DNA of 64,000 bases, taken from the NCBI GenBank assembly GCA_047967505.1, contig CM106538.1; one strand, 5' to 3'. The position numbers and the translations under genes are program-made. The number at the start of each line of letters is the position of its first letter. The stretch's first letter is position 1. Under the pieces are notes generated by a model that was not told the origin of the DNA, ran no database searches, and was given only the letters and a program-made list of their open reading frames with translations. The DNA comes from Dipteris shenzhenensis (lineage: Eukaryota). Below, one piece after another: positions 1 through 13,699 of this stretch.

Positions 1-2
1 CA

Positions 3-1016
3 TACGCTCAGAAAGGGGATGGCAAGGAGGCCCTGGTACTATTTGGCCAAATGCAGGCCGAAGGCTTTGAGCCAGACAAGATCACTCTCCTCTGTGTCGT
101 GGATGCATGTGCAGGAGTGGCAGCCTTAGAAGATGGTCAATTGTTCCACTCCATTGTTGCTGGCAACGGATGGGAGTCAAATGTTGTTGTCGGGACAGCC
201 TTTGTAAATATGTATGGCAAGTGTGGGTGCCTTGATGATGCGAAGGCAGTGTTTGTAGAGATGCCACAGCAAGATATGGTCTCCTGGAGTGCCATGATCG
301 GCGCGTGTGCCCAGAATGGGCATGGCAAGGAGGCCCTCCAAATGTTTGATCATATGCAGGCCAAAGGCCTCAAGCCAAACATGATCACGTTCACCTGTAT
401 TGTGGATGCATGTGCCAGTGTGGCAGCCCTAGAAGAGGGTCGAATGATCCATGCATCTGCTGCTGGCAACAAATGGGAGTCTAATGTTGTTGTAGGAACA
501 GCCCTTGTCAATATGTATGGCGATGGTGGGAGCTTAGATGATGCTAGGGCAGTGTTTGCAGAGATGCCACAGCGGGATGTGGTCTTGTGGAATGCTATAA
601 TTGTAGCATGTGCCCGGAATGGGCATGGCAAGGAGGCCCTGCAACTATTTGGTCAAATGCAGGCCGAAGGCTTTCAACCAAACAAGATCACCTTCATCGG
701 TGTTCTCACTGCATGTAGTCATACAGGCCTGGTCGCTGATGGGAGGCAATACTTTGCATCTATGAATAGTCATCATGGTATAACCCCTTCGGTAGAGCAT
801 TATGTGTGCATGATTGATCTTCTTGGGCGAAGAGGGCTATTGAAAGAGGCGGAAGACCTGATCGTAAGCATGCCATTTGGACATGTCACTCCAGCTTGGT
901 TGAGCTTGCTTTCATCATGCCATATTCACAATGATGTGGACCTGGCCATCCGTGCTGCAAATTTTGTTTATGAGTTAGAGCCAAGGGATGCTTCTCGCAT
1001 GATGCATTTAAACTGA
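3..1016 (+). CDS. PLS-class pentatricopeptide repeat (PPR) protein, 3' part (5' end outside the window); E domain appears truncated
   Basis: Frame open from nt 3 (YAQKGDGKEAL...). Repeated P-L-S motifs (NVVVGTALVNMYGKCG..DA..VF..M...DVVSW.AMI.ACAQNGHGKEAL.LF..M..EG..P..ITF), then S2/E-type sequence (HYVCMIDLLGRRG, WLSLLSSCHIH). Ends abruptly at ELEPRDASRMMHLN*. Confidence 0.93.
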   Translation, partial: YAQKGDGKEALVLFGQMQAEGFEPDKITLLCVVDACAGVAALEDGQLFHSIVAGNGWESNVVVGTAFVNMYGKCGCLDDAKAVFVEMPQQDMVSWSAMIGACAQNGHGKEALQMFDHMQAKGLKPNMITFTCIVDACASVAALEEGRMIHASAAGNKWESNVVVGTALVNMYGDGGSLDDARAVFAEMPQRDVVLWNAIIVACARNGHGKEALQLFGQMQAEGFQPNKITFIGVLTACSHTGLVADGRQYFASMNSHHGITPSVEHYVCMIDLLGRRGLLKEAEDLIVSMPFGHVTPAWLSLLSSCHIHNDVDLAIRAANFVYELEPRDASRMMHLN

Positions 1017-1690
1017 GAAAAGAAATTGTTTATCATGGTGTGAAGACTGTGCAGTTGTATTGAGGTAAGTACTGTGCTACGTGAATTTGTTGTTACAAAA
1101 CATCACGTCCTCAATAGGAGTATTTACATCCCGCTTGTGGAGGTTGAATGGGCACATAAAGGAAGCAGGTATGTGCTTGACCCGCATGCGGTGTGTCACG
1201 ATATAGATGAAGAAGGGAAAGAAGACATGCTTTGACCATAGTGAGAGGCTGGCTTGTGCTTTTGGACTGTTTTCTTTCCCCTTCTGCAGCCCTGCCCCAG
1301 AGAATATTTATTCGTATCACCGGATTTTTTGGGAGAGCTCCGACTCTCATGCTGGCACAAGATTCATCTAAGATTGCTCAATTGAAAACTTAGTTGTGAG
1401 AGAGATGACAATCCTTTCCGTCACATTGTTAATGTATTATGTCCATGTGATGATTATTACATAGAGGCTTGTCAGACCCCTAGTTTGAAAAAGTATTACG
1501 CTCAGCAAAGTTCATTTTCCTGGTCATATTGTGTGACTGTGTGGATATTGTTACAGAGCACTATATTATCTATATTCCCATATTGTGAAACAAGTAATGG
1601 CCCCAATTTGTCGTAAGCTACTAATTCAAAGGGTGCGTTAACTTTGTTGTTTGCTTACTAATGTAGATTTGTGTTGTTGACAAAATAGAT

Positions 1691-2254
1691 GGGTTTGGCA
1701 TATTAGGACACTAAGTTTCTCACTTTTTGCTGGTAAAAGTTAAGTCGAAGTGTGTGTAATAGTCTAGGAAAACCAGGATGTGCATGAAGCAGATGATCGT
1801 GATGATATTTTGTCAAAGCTGAGTGAGGTTTGAGGTTTTGAGTTGGTTGAATTTTATGGAGTATAGCTTTTCTGATCTGGAAGGACTATTGTTCTGCAAT
1901 GTCTGACTGGAATAGTTGGCACTGATATTGAAGGACGTTCACCTATTGGAAGAGGTCTTCTTGATTGGGTTTGGCATATTAGGACACTAGTGACTAAGTT
2001 TCTCACTTTTTGCTGGTAAAAGTTAAGTCAAAGTGTGTCTAATAGTCTAGGAAAACCAGGATGTGCATGAAGCAGATGATCGTGATGGTATTTTGTCAAA
2101 GCTGAGTAAGGATATGAATTTGAGGTTTTGAGTTGGTTGAATTTTTGGAGTATACCTTTTGTGATCTGGAAGGACTATTGTTCTGCAATGTCTGATTGGA
2201 ATAGTTGGCACCTATATTGAAGGAAATTCACCTGTTGGAAGAGGTCTTCTTGAT
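1691..2254 (+). repeat. Tandem duplication, two ~276-288 bp units
   Basis: gggtttggcatattaggacacta...ggaagaggtcttcttgat occurs at ~1691-1966 and again at ~1967-2254 with small indels. Confidence 0.9.
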
Positions 2255-3180
2255 AGTAAGTGATGGAGCTATCAGAGTCAACAAGGCCTTGAATTGTTCT
2301 CTGCATGATGGCACGACTGACAAAGACAGTGTAGTAGAGATGGAGAAATGAATAATCCAAAGCTACAATCCTCTATTACGTGACTTCTTGACATAGCTAG
2401 AATAGTTTGTTCTGGGTTTATAGCTTGTGCATTCTGTATTTAAATTTGCCTTCGGAGCTCTTTGGTATTTGGCCAGTTGTCACACTTGAAACATCTCCAT
2501 CAGCCACTTGAAATTCTGTTAAGGAGTGTGCTTTCATTATCTATAATGGTTTTTAGAATTGCAGATTCTAGGTAGAGTCAATATCCATGTTCATTTGAGT
2601 ATCTGTTTCGGGAAGAGGACGGATTGCACTTGAAGAAGGCTTATGCACTAATGACGTTGATTTGGGCAGACTGTTCATACCAATTCTCTGAACAATTTTA
2701 CTACTTCGGAGTAAACTTTAAACTAAGCTCTTGGAATCTAGGTACCGATTCATGCTCCTTTTAGAACAAAAGAAATGCAGTTTCAACTCTTTGGCCATGT
2801 TGGAATCAATTCAAAGGAGAAGTTCATTCAGTGTAACTACAAATTACTCAGGAGAGTCTCAAAGTTTCAACTTGAATGTTTGCAGATTGAGAGGCATCTG
2901 GATTTTAGAAGGTTTTCATCAAAGCGTATATGAACGCTTGTCATGTTGCTTTTGATTGGTAATCAAGTTGGACATACTAGGTGGTGACTAGACCTTGAAG
3001 TGATGTTTTCACTTCATATAAGTGCATGTTTGTATCCCAATTATGGTATCCTTCCACAAGACTATTGATCAGGACAATTGTAAGAACCCTCTAGTGTCCT
3101 TTGTGCTACCATTACTATATTTATGTTCATTTGATGAATAATGTTATTCAAGAGGACTAGAGATGACTCATCGATTTGTA

Positions 3181-3711
3181 TTTTTGCATGTACAACAGTT
3201 TCACACAGATCTCACTCTCTCTTGAAGAGGATCCAAGTCATTGTGCCAAAGAGACCACTACTTACAGGTCATGAACATGTAAATTTTTTTGCATGTACAA
3301 CAGTTTCACACAGATCGGTTGGTCACATTTCAAATTGACTTGGAGATGTTGATACCAGCGATTTCAGATCTATCTCCACCAACATCTCTCATGAAATACA
3401 AATCATGGAATCAACATTCACCACTTTTCTTCAAGAGGATCAAAGTCAATGTGACAAAGACCACCAGTTTAAGGAGATGAACTATAACAGCTTTCCCTAT
3501 GCAGCAACTCACACGGATCAACACCTATCATGTCTAATAGTCATTGGCCACATTTCAAATTGACCTCAGTTTTCAGCTTCATTACTTCCAATCACAATAT
3601 TGAATGGAGCATGTTCATGTCCGGTAAGTAGTGGTCTCTTTGGCACAACGACTTGGATCCTCTTCAAGAGAGAGTGAGATCTGTGTGAAACTGTTGTACA
3701 TGCAAAATTTT
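3181..3711. repeat. ~100-bp inverted repeat with internal partial direct copies
   Basis: 3181-3279 (ttttgcatgtacaacagtttcacacagatctc...ccactacttac.gg.catgaacatg) is the reverse complement of ~3610-3711. Partial direct copies lie at ~3285 and ~3430. Confidence 0.8.
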
Positions 3712-4679
3712 TGGCATTGCATCTCCAGCATTGTAATGTCTCTAGTTACATGGAAGTGATAGATAAGAAAGAAGCCAATTGCCATTTTATTGATGGTGTC
3801 ATATTTCAACAAAGCACATGCAATGCTGAGTAGAACAAAAGGGGCGAGGCGTCCAAAAGGGTCTCAATAGCGTCATCTCTAAATCTATCAAAGGCGAAGT
3901 GCCTTTGCTTGAGGTCGACCTCCTCTTGTAATTTTAGGAATGGTGATGCCCTTATGAGACATGCATAGTTGCGAGTTATCCATGAGCCATCTATGCATGG
4001 TTATCGTCAAATGTGCCTCATGCTGATTACCGAGAAATGTGCATGATCAGAATATGATTGCTGATCCATGCTAACATGTGGAACATGTGTGTCCAATTGC
4101 TCAAGACCAATGAGGCTCCAGTCATCGGCGTAAACTGGTACATACCCTGTGGTAATCTTGAAAAATAGGACTACAATTGATTTCATATGAACGAGATCTG
4201 CCAAACCTCTCTCTGCCCTTAATCTCTTTATATGTCTCAAAAGCGCATTTCTCTCCGTTTTGTCTTTTATTTTCTTTGTAGAATTTTGGACTTAGAACAA
4301 CCAAAAAGCTAAATTTGTATGATTGGATATATTCTTGTCTTACAAAGGTATACAACATTGTTCATTCAAATAAGCCACAGTTCAGTATGTAATTCAACAC
4401 TATTCATTCACCTAAGCTACTTGAAAACACAAAAGTGCCATCCTTTCATCACATTTGCGTATTCACATGGTCTGTCCGCTATGCAGACATGGTCGCATAC
4501 TCATCAATTCAATGAAGCCCATAGCAATCTATACTTCTCCAAATCAAGAAGTTGCAAAATGTCACTCTTTAAACATGTATCCACTTGCTTGGTAATTTTA
4601 CTTTTGAATTTCTATTTATTTAAAAATATTTAACATGCATTGCAAAACATCCTACAGTTCAGTTAGGTCTAGCATTTGA

Positions 4680-7430
4680 GGGTGAACCCCCTTGCTTGGG
4701 GTTATGGGAATTAGTGACCCAAAAGAGCGATGCCCTCTCCTTGAGAGGGACATTAGAAAATCACACTCTACTTGAGTGCCCATTTCAGGAACCAATCAAA
4801 TGTACAGAGTGTAGATTGACCTAGCAACCCTCCATCTAAGAGAATGTTCTTAGGGCCTTGGGTGTGAGTCAAGAGAGGCATGGAGATACAAGATAAGATG
4901 ACAAATGAATAAACCTCTTAGTTAAGCTCAAATCAAACTCAAAATGACTTTAGAATAGGTCAATGTCTAGGACTACTTGCGAGGAACCCGTCGGGAAGTT
5001 AGAGTTCAATTTTGCCAAGTTTGAATATTTAGGGTTTCAGGTGACACGTGGTAGGTTGCGGGCTGAGTTGGTAGCAGGGCTATTGGCCTAACCACTTGGC
5101 AATGGGAAGGGACAAGCAACAAGAAAGAGGAGGGGCAAGTGTGGGGGCAAGCCCACCAAATGGTGGGCTGGAAAAGTTACCAACTTAGTATAGCATGTCC
5201 CCACAAACTTGCCATCTTGGGGAGATGGTGGGCTGGGGCTATAAAAGAAGTCCCTCATTTCACACATTCCCATGCTTTTTTCAGCTTCCTCTCACTTCTT
5301 GGATGCAACAACCCTCTTCCCTCCCTTATCTTGGTGCAACCAACCTCCATTTCAAGCCCTCTTATTGGTGCAGCAAACTTTCTCTCTCCTCTGTTAAGCT
5401 TCTCTCTCTATAATAAACTCTCTCTATAACTTCAGGATTCTCTCTCTGCAGAAGTCCCTCTTTCTCTTCACGTCTGCAGCAACAACCACACCTCTCTCCT
5501 CCCCCTAACTCGGAGTAGCTCTCTCTTTATACCATTACTCCACTTCAAGGCTTTCTCTGCATCACTTTTCTAGAGTATTTCTCTTTCCAGCCCCAAGATC
5601 TCACTCATCCAAGCAAGAGGGGCTGTAAATTTCACCAAGGGAGTAGAAGTGGAAGGGTAGTTTGAATATGAGATTTGCTTGTTTGCAATATATTTTGCAT
5701 TAATTTTTTTGCCTTTTCTAGAGATCTAGTGCATGCTGGGATGAAGTTGTGATTATGCAGGCATCTTCCTTATGGATTGAGATGCCCCTAGGGTCAAATT
5801 CTCACTAGTTTCAAATGTTCTGTCATTCCGTGTATATATCTGAACTTGAGCATTCTTGTCTTGCGGTTATGTCTATGTTCTCTCTCTCAAGGTTTGTAAG
5901 GTGCATTGCACCTTGGTTTGTTAAGAGTCCAAGTTTGTAAAGTTGTACCTTGGTCTTGTATCTCCACTTGAGTAATAAAAGAGCCTCGATAAAGGGGGGG
6001 CCTGATCTTCCTCCTAACATCCATAAATTGAGTTCTTTCTTGTCCAATATAGCCTAGCAAATCTAAGTCCTCCTAGAGTAACCAGCTGGGGACTCACAAA
6101 TGAGCGTTCTAATCTCAAGGGAGAGGCCATGTAGACATCCACAACTCCACAAAGAGGGTAAGTCATCTTTTGCTTCCCCTTCTCAAAGTAGAAAGCGGGT
6201 CTAAAGTCCATCTTCTGCAGGGCACACAAGGAGATGGAGATATGCTAAATATAAAGTACCCCTTGGAGATAACATCTACAAGTTCAACAAGTACAAGGGA
6301 GAAGATCAGCCTGAAGTCTTGCTAGCCAGGATCCAAGATCTTGAGTTCTTCTCTGAAGGAGACGATAATGAAGAGAAGGCCAAGCTTTGATTTGCGGCCT
6401 TACATCCGCAAGATTGTGCTTTACTTTGGTGGGCCGCTATGGCAAGTATTGGATAGGCCCATACCTTGAAGCACTTCAAGAAGCAGCTGCAACACCACTC
6501 CTTGCCCAAAGAGTTCAAGAGGGACATAATGATTCAATGGGACATACTCCGTCAGTGATAGTGAGTATGTTAGTCGTTTTTGGGATACTTTATTGAAAAG
6601 TCCAAGCATTCAATAGAAAGGATAAAAAGGAATAGAAAAGAACTGGACTAAGGGATACCATTCAAAATGAATAAGATATCAATGGTCCTACTTCCCTAGA
6701 GGACACTATCAATGTGGCTTTGCAGCTGGAGAAGAATCAGCTCTACTCCAGCAAATGCAACCCCAAAGATAAGAAAATTTTTAGAAAGACGGGGAGAGAT
6801 TACTTGAAGAACAGAAGGGTGGGAGTCAGCCTCCTCCAAAGGTGTCCAAAAGATCCTTCAATTCCCTTTCTTCTCAGCAAAAGCAAAAGAACTACTCCAT
6901 GGTGAACAAGGCAATGGATTCTATGAATGCTTGAAGGCCACCAAACCTACCCCCAACAACAACAAAGAGGCATCCCAAAACAAGAAGACTCCGGTGGTCA
7001 ACAACATGGAGACTGCTCCAGAAAAAGAAGGTGACACTGGTGCCCATAGTTTGTTCAAAACTTGGGGTAATGTAAAGGATCAATCCACTCTTTTTTTGGA
7101 TAATGGTGCTACTTACAATTTATTTCCCATGAGTTGGCCTACCCTTTCGACGACAAGTTAAGGGTACACATTCAAGGGTACCTAGAGCATTTGTTGCTCC
7201 AATCCAAGGGGCTGATGTGTTGCTCTGGATACCTTAGTATAAGCAAGTCAACCCACGGATTGATTACACAAAAAACATTCTAATCCTTCAACATAAGGGT
7301 AGAGACGTTAGCATTTCAACTCCATTTCAAGAGGAGTATTAGGAAACTTTGGTCTTATGGTAAGTCATTCACAATATTCCACTCTAGTTACGAAAGGAAT
7401 ATGGTCTTTCCTTATTTTTATATGGGTAGA
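4680..7430 (+). mobile_element. Degenerate LTR-retrotransposon (Gypsy-like) relic: LTR/UTR-like region, gag and protease fragments
   Basis: TATA-like ggctataaaag at ~5237 followed by a CT-rich tract. Fragmented gag-like sequence at ~6240-6700. Aspartic-protease-like LFLDNGATYN at ~7090. Boundaries are approximate. Confidence 0.5.
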
Positions 7431-7678
7431 TGCAAGCTACGGTGTATGCAAATGTAGTATTTTTGGCAAAAAATGGAGATGATATCTAGTACTAAGTAGT
7501 ATAGTAGTGTCGCATTGAACAAAGAATCCTCTCCTGTAGATTGAGGAAACATCTAACAAACATGTCAGAATGAAGAAACTCGATGCCCCGCAAAACAATG
7601 ATTTTTGAATCACCTCCAGAGTCCAGTAGTTCTCTGTGTGTAATCTGTATCTTTCTCTATCCCATTGTCTTGCAGTGA

Positions 7679-7683
<5 letters not shown>

Positions 7684-7726
<43 letters not shown>
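7684..7726 (+). repeat. (CT)n microsatellite
   Basis: Uninterrupted run of ~20 CT dinucleotides. Confidence 0.95.
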
Positions 7727-7729
<3 letters not shown>

Positions 7730-8129
7730 CATCTTGCATTCGTCCCTTCCTCATCCCTCCCTTGCTCCCTATCTCTCTCTAGGCTGCTCTCGTCTGCCCT
7801 TTTGTCTAGAAGGCTTCCTCATCGTGTTTTCTTGTAGGCTTTCGTTATCTCAAGTCTTATTATCTTGCATACGTCCCTCCGTCGCTCTTAACCTATCTCT
7901 AGGCTCTCTCTCTGTGTCTCTGTCTCTCTCTCTCTCTCTTAGATGAAGGACACATGTTTTTGTTGTTTGAATTGATCATCTCCCGTCTCGTCCCTCCTTC
8001 CGTCATCTCTTTCATCGCGTCCCCTTCGGTCTCGCCATAGCCTTATCCCCACGACCGTAGGGATAGCTCTAGGGAAGCCACAAGGGGATGTTGCCCCTTG
8101 ACCCCACGTCGAGGTGGACTCAACCTAGA

Positions 8130-11100
8130 ATTAGGGCCTCAACTATGCCAATGAACACATGATCTTGATATTAGGAAGAGTCCTACAAGCTCACCTTGAG
8201 CCTAAAGACAATGCTTTAAATACCATCTTGTCGACTCCATACCTAGCTTGGGATCCTTAGTGTTAGTAAGCTCAAAAGTCAATTCTCACTCATTGCAAGA
8301 ACCACTACCAAATGAATTATCCAGCTCGAAAGAGTCCATTAGTCAAGATAGAGACATGGATGAACCCTCTAATGTTAGAGCCTCACTAGCTCTAAACTCC
8401 ATCCCCAATGATGTTCACTCTCCTACCCCATCTATAGTAGCAGCTACATTAAGGGAAACCTCTTCCAATATCATGGGAAGGTTTGTATTGACAAACCCAG
8501 TAGAGTGGTTAAACCCATTTGCTAGACAGACTAGGGAAATGTCAAAGGCTCAAATGCCGGCCCAACCTCCGATGTCGGAACCAATACTCAGGGAACCAAG
8601 TCCCACAATACCTATTGGCAATCAAACCCCGTTGTACCAATTCCCTAGGGCACCAACTCCCTTTAGTAACAAAAACTATCAAAGTGTTGAGTATGAGATG
8701 ATTTAACAATATGCCATGAGTAGAAATTAGTCAAATTAACATGGTTATGTTCCACACTAAAAAAGCTTCAAATATGTCTTTACACCTTGAAATTTAGGTG
8801 ACACGTGTAAAAGTTACATTAATATGAAAGGAGATGGGTTTTCATATTTTAGTGTATTTTTTGTTTTGCTCCCCCTCATCCAAAAGACCCCCCCCTTGGG
8901 CATCACATATTATGAAAAATATGTACAAATCTTAAAAAATTTGCATAGTTTTCAAGGTATATGCCTTATATTTTGTGGGAGTGGGGACAGGAGATTTTCG
9001 TATTTTTCCCTTGTATATATATTTGAAATATTTTTAGGAAATCCATGCATATTCTATATGGACCTTGTCCCCCCATACCCTAGATTTTGGACGAGGGTAG
9101 TAGCATAATACATATTGAGATGGCGCCCCAGGACCAATTCTTTGATGATAGACAATCCTATGGGCATGGATTTGGACCCACATTCTCACAAGGGTCCTGA
9201 ATGCTAGAGCAAAGGGGGAAAAAGAGTAACCTTGAAGGCTCACAATTAAGACCCTCCACCTCATAAGCCCCTATGATGCCTCCTTGGTAACAAAACTATT
9301 CCCTACCCAACAAGTGCCCCTTATAGACCTATGCATGCAGGGAACATACCACTCCCTAGAGGACCTCCAGTCCAACCTGTTAGGCCCAACCCGACCCAAG
9401 TCACAGTGCAAATGCCTAGCATGGATGATTTTTTCAAGTTACTTTCATTAAGAAGCTAAACTTTTATATTGGCATCGAAAGTTTGTATGTCCTAATGAAA
9501 ATAGATGTTTGAAACATTCGCCATGATTTGAAACTTTTATGCAAAAAAATTTAAACTTTCACAAGGATTTGCATTTTTTCCTTCAAAATTCAGAAGAAAG
9601 TATATAAACAAGTACTACATTCTACTAATATTGTGAAACTAAAAATTTTATCTTGAAAACTTTCGCCAAGATTTTATATTAATATATAAGCATAGCTTCG
9701 ATAAAAACATCCTTGATGCCTAGTGGGCTTGGATACTCTCATCCCAACCTCATGCCATCTAATCCATGTAGCCCTTCATCAGGACCACCAATGTATGGGA
9801 CATCGCCCACCAGTCCACAACCTCCTCCTATATCGCAAACGGTACTTATAGTTGAAGCTATGAGAATCCTAGTGCAAGCACTAGGAAGGGGGGCCACTGC
9901 TCCATGACCAATGTTTTTAGGAAAGAGTAACAACCCCTCTAGGAGCAAGCCTATCACAATCTCCAAGCTAATCACCAAGTTTGTAGGAAAAGGAGACCCA
10001 GTCTCCCATGTTGAGAGACTTGATCAAATCTGTGAGCCCTTGGTGATATCGAGGAATTAGACAAGGTCAATGCTTTTAGCTTGAGTCTTGATGGCAAGGA
10101 TGGACAATGGTTTAGAGCCTTAAACCCTGAGGAGAAAATAAATTGGGACACTTTGCATAAATCCTTCATTGTGGGGTTTTCCCCCAGTAGTCCCAAGTGG
10201 AGCCCGCTTAACCAACTTTATGAGGTGAAGCAAAAGAACATTGAGTCCTTAAGAGACTACATCGCTAGGATCAAACATCTAAACTTGCGATGTGAACCCC
10301 ATGAGAGGATGAGTGATGTGTAGCTTTTGCCACGCTTCCTCATAGGGCTACGAGATGCTAAGCTGCATGATCATTTGTTTTCTATGAATCCCATATCGTT
10401 TGAGCTATGCAGCAAGACGGAGATACACCTGCGGGATAACATGAGGGAGACTCCCCAAAAGGAAAAATCCTTAGCTTCCTTATATATGTCCCAAATAGCA
10501 TAAGCTTCAACCTCAGAAGCAACTAAGGATGTAAGCATGACACCCAAGGTGCTCAACATGGAAGAGTTGGCCACAGATCTATTAAAAAAGTTGAGCCAAC
10601 AATGGAAGATAGAAGCACCAAAAGATGCTCCTAGCAACCCCCATCTATTTCCACAAAGAGATAACATATGGTATGGGGTATGCATTGAAAATCATCCCAC
10701 TAAGGAATGCCCTCGTCTTAGAGCCAGGCCAACACTCTACGGTGCCCATTGTGTTCATTGGGGAAATCATGACACATCCCAATGTCATTATCCTAGGGTG
10801 ATTCCTCAACCCATTTATCAACAAAGGCCACATCTACCATTGCATGCACTGCCCAATCCATCCAATCAGGCACAATTAGCAATAAAAGGAGCCACATCAG
10901 CCAATTAAGGGCAATTTAGGGCTCAAGATGACGATGGTACATTCCGGTCTACCAAACAGAACCAATTTCTCAAACAATGGGAGATAGGAATAACTTGACC
11001 AAGGCATTCAATGCCATATGTGTCAAGGGCCACACCCTGCCAATGAGTGTCCATATAAGGGGAAATCTAAGAAGCCAATCACATGTGCACCAGTGTCTAA

Positions 11101-13560
11101 TACACCACCGTCATTGTGCACTGGGTGTGGTGTGGACCATCTTTTTAAGGATTGCTTTATGAGAAGGTCATCTACGTCCACAAGCCTTAACTTGTTAAGC
11201 ATTGAGAGAGGCCATGTCATCACTATCCTTGAATGTAATCATGAGGTTGCAAGCTAAAGCCCTTAATAAAGAGCTTCACAAACAAGCCAAAAGGGATAAA
11301 GCTAGCACGCCACAACCTAGAGGGGCAATTGAATCAACACGAGTAAGCACCAAAGGTGCACTATTATGGGGTAATCCGACTCTATGGAGAGACCTCTTGG
11401 GTTGGATGAATGGGCAAATAGTGACACCCCAACCCACAAATCTTGAGAATGTTGAATCTCTCAATCATGTTCAAGACCTTCCAAGGGTGCTAGTCAACAA
11501 ATTGGGCCAATATTTTGAGAATGATGACACGAATGCAGTGTTACCCATCTACTTCTATGATAAAAAAGCTATGGAAATCTTAAACAGAGGAGAAGGTGTT
11601 AGCATCATCATGAAACACTGTTGGGAAAAGTGGGGAAGTCTCGACCGAGAGAGTACTTCCTTGGTAGTTAAATTAGCTAATGGAGGCATGGCTCATCCCA
11701 TAGGAGTACTCATCAAGGACATTAAAATCAAAACCTTTGGTCTCACATATCGGGTGTGCCTTGTTGAAATGGATTTCCAAAATGACCCTGGGTATGAGGC
11801 TATACTAGGGATACCTTTCTTACATATGGCAAGATTGATCCATGATTGGTGCTCCAAAAATATTTATCTAAGGAAGATCAACAAGGTGTGAGGGTTGATC
11901 TCCAAACATGGAAGCCTCACACTAGGTCCGAATATCTATTTGTAGCTGAATTGGATACCACCAATAGGTCTGTGTCGGTAAAGCTGGTTAAAAAATATGA
12001 GAAAGAGGATAGTGAGAAGAGTCTTGATGAACCTTGGTGTGCTCCTTTACCAAAACTAGAAGACTCACTAGACTGGATGCATACACTAGCGACAATAGAT
12101 CTACCAAATGCTGAGGGTACTTAGGCGATGCCCCTTGATGATGAACATCTTAACTCCATTACAACTTTTTACACCATAGGAGCGGTACTACCTAATCAAA
12201 TTCAACTAGGAATTGACAATGCCATTGATCCTAACGAGATAGATATGACTCCATCTCAAGTTTGGGTAGAGATAACATCAACAAGTGCAACATGCCAAAT
12301 ACAAGCCATGGTAGATTGGTGAGCAAGAAAAAACCTCATCTCCTGGGAGACATTAAAGCATCTCGGCCAAGTATGCCTTCAATTATGTGATTATGAAATT
12401 CAGTCCATCGAGGGTACCTCTATTAAGGTTATTGGTTCTTTAATGTTGAATGTTTCCTTGGACGATTACATTGTGCCTTGCAAGTTTTTTGTAGCTCTTG
12501 CGGGTACCTTAACGGAAGCCGCCATTATTGGTAAAAGTTGGATCCAAGATAGTTACAAAGGATTATTTGGTGATGAGTTGACCCAACAAGATGTGCTAAG
12601 AACTACCAATTGGCCCAACATTCAAGCACCGATACTTTGAGGGTGAATCATATTTTTGGATTCCAAGAAAAACTCAACATTTGAAGCCACCCCCTCCTTT
12701 AAACATCCAGCCTCACCATCGCCAACTGCCCCCTCATGTAAACAACAAACCTCAACATCAAAGAAGAAGAAGACGCCATCCAACAAGGAAGGTACATTAC
12801 CAATGGGTTCCCAAAAGACTACTCGAGGCCCAGGGATATTCCCTTGGCAACTCTTATATATGGGTACCCAAGCCTCACCAGAGTAATCAATAGACCATCC
12901 ATGCTTGCCCTAAGCCTAAATGTACACCATCTCCATCACAAAAGCAGGAGCGGAACTCCAAATCTAGCAATACAAAATTATCAATGAGTGCAAATGTACC
13001 ACTACTAGTCACACAAGAACGTACTCTACACAGATGCCAAGAATAGTAAGAACCTTCTTGCAAGGAAAAGGGAAAAGCACCAATGTAGGAGAATAATACA
13101 CAAAGAAATTCATATACCTCCTCTCGAGTAGTTACACAAGAACACAAGAAGCTGCTCAACTGCAAGTCTCTCAAAAGGCATGTCACTTTATTGCATTGTC
13201 TTCAAGGCAATTGGTAGTAACACAAGAACCTGTCTTGAAAAAAGAGACAGTAACACAAGAAGCTACTAAGACAAAAGTTGAATCCACATTGGGAGCCACA
13301 CAAGAACCTTAATTACTGAGAAATTTGGCATCTACCCTTAGGGTAGCTATGCGAGAATTGGCCACAACAGTAATGCCCATCACAACGGAAGTCCAACAAG
13401 AACCTTCCAATGTGAACAACAAATTATCTTCATTGCTGACAACTTTCTCAGCTAAAACTTGGGCTCTATGAAAGCAAAAGATCTCTGAGAAATTAGTCTT
13501 TCCTTCTACCCTCTCTTCTTCCTTCTCCCCCTTCCCTCTTTCTCTCATGGAAACATATTA
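8130..13560 (+). mobile_element. Degenerate Gypsy-type retrotransposon gag-protease region with many stops and frameshifts
   Basis: Retrotransposon-gag-like ORF 10081-10323 (SLDGKDGQWFRAL...INWDTLHKSF...QKNIESLRDYIAR). Cys/His knuckle remnants (C..HPTKECP, CQGPHPANECP, CTGCGVDHLFKDC). Protease-like ORF 11202-11891 (VKLANGGMAHPIGV, YEAILGIPFL). Confidence 0.75.
9420..9715. mobile_element. 296-bp MITE, hAT-like, inserted in the Gypsy relic
   Basis: 8-bp TSD ATGCCTAG at 9412-9419 and 9716-9723. Imperfect TIRs catggatgattttttcaagtta / tagcttcgataaaaacatccttg. AT-rich interior. Confidence 0.8.
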
Positions 13561-13699
13561 CACCAATCCGAGAGTTGCTTGAGTGACACATGCAGACGGC
13601 TCGTGCTTAGCATTGCTCTCACAAGGAGTAGCTTGGAGTGGAGGCTCCATCAGGATTCTTTCAAGATCCCCATGACACGTGAGTCACCGTCAAGACTAC

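Noticed and set aside
7437-7946. RE/SL-repeat ORFs
   Set aside because: They are translations of the (CT)n microsatellite.
8750-9110. AT-rich insertion starting near a CACTA pentamer in the Gypsy relic
   Set aside because: No matching TAGTG end or TSD was found, so it cannot be classified.
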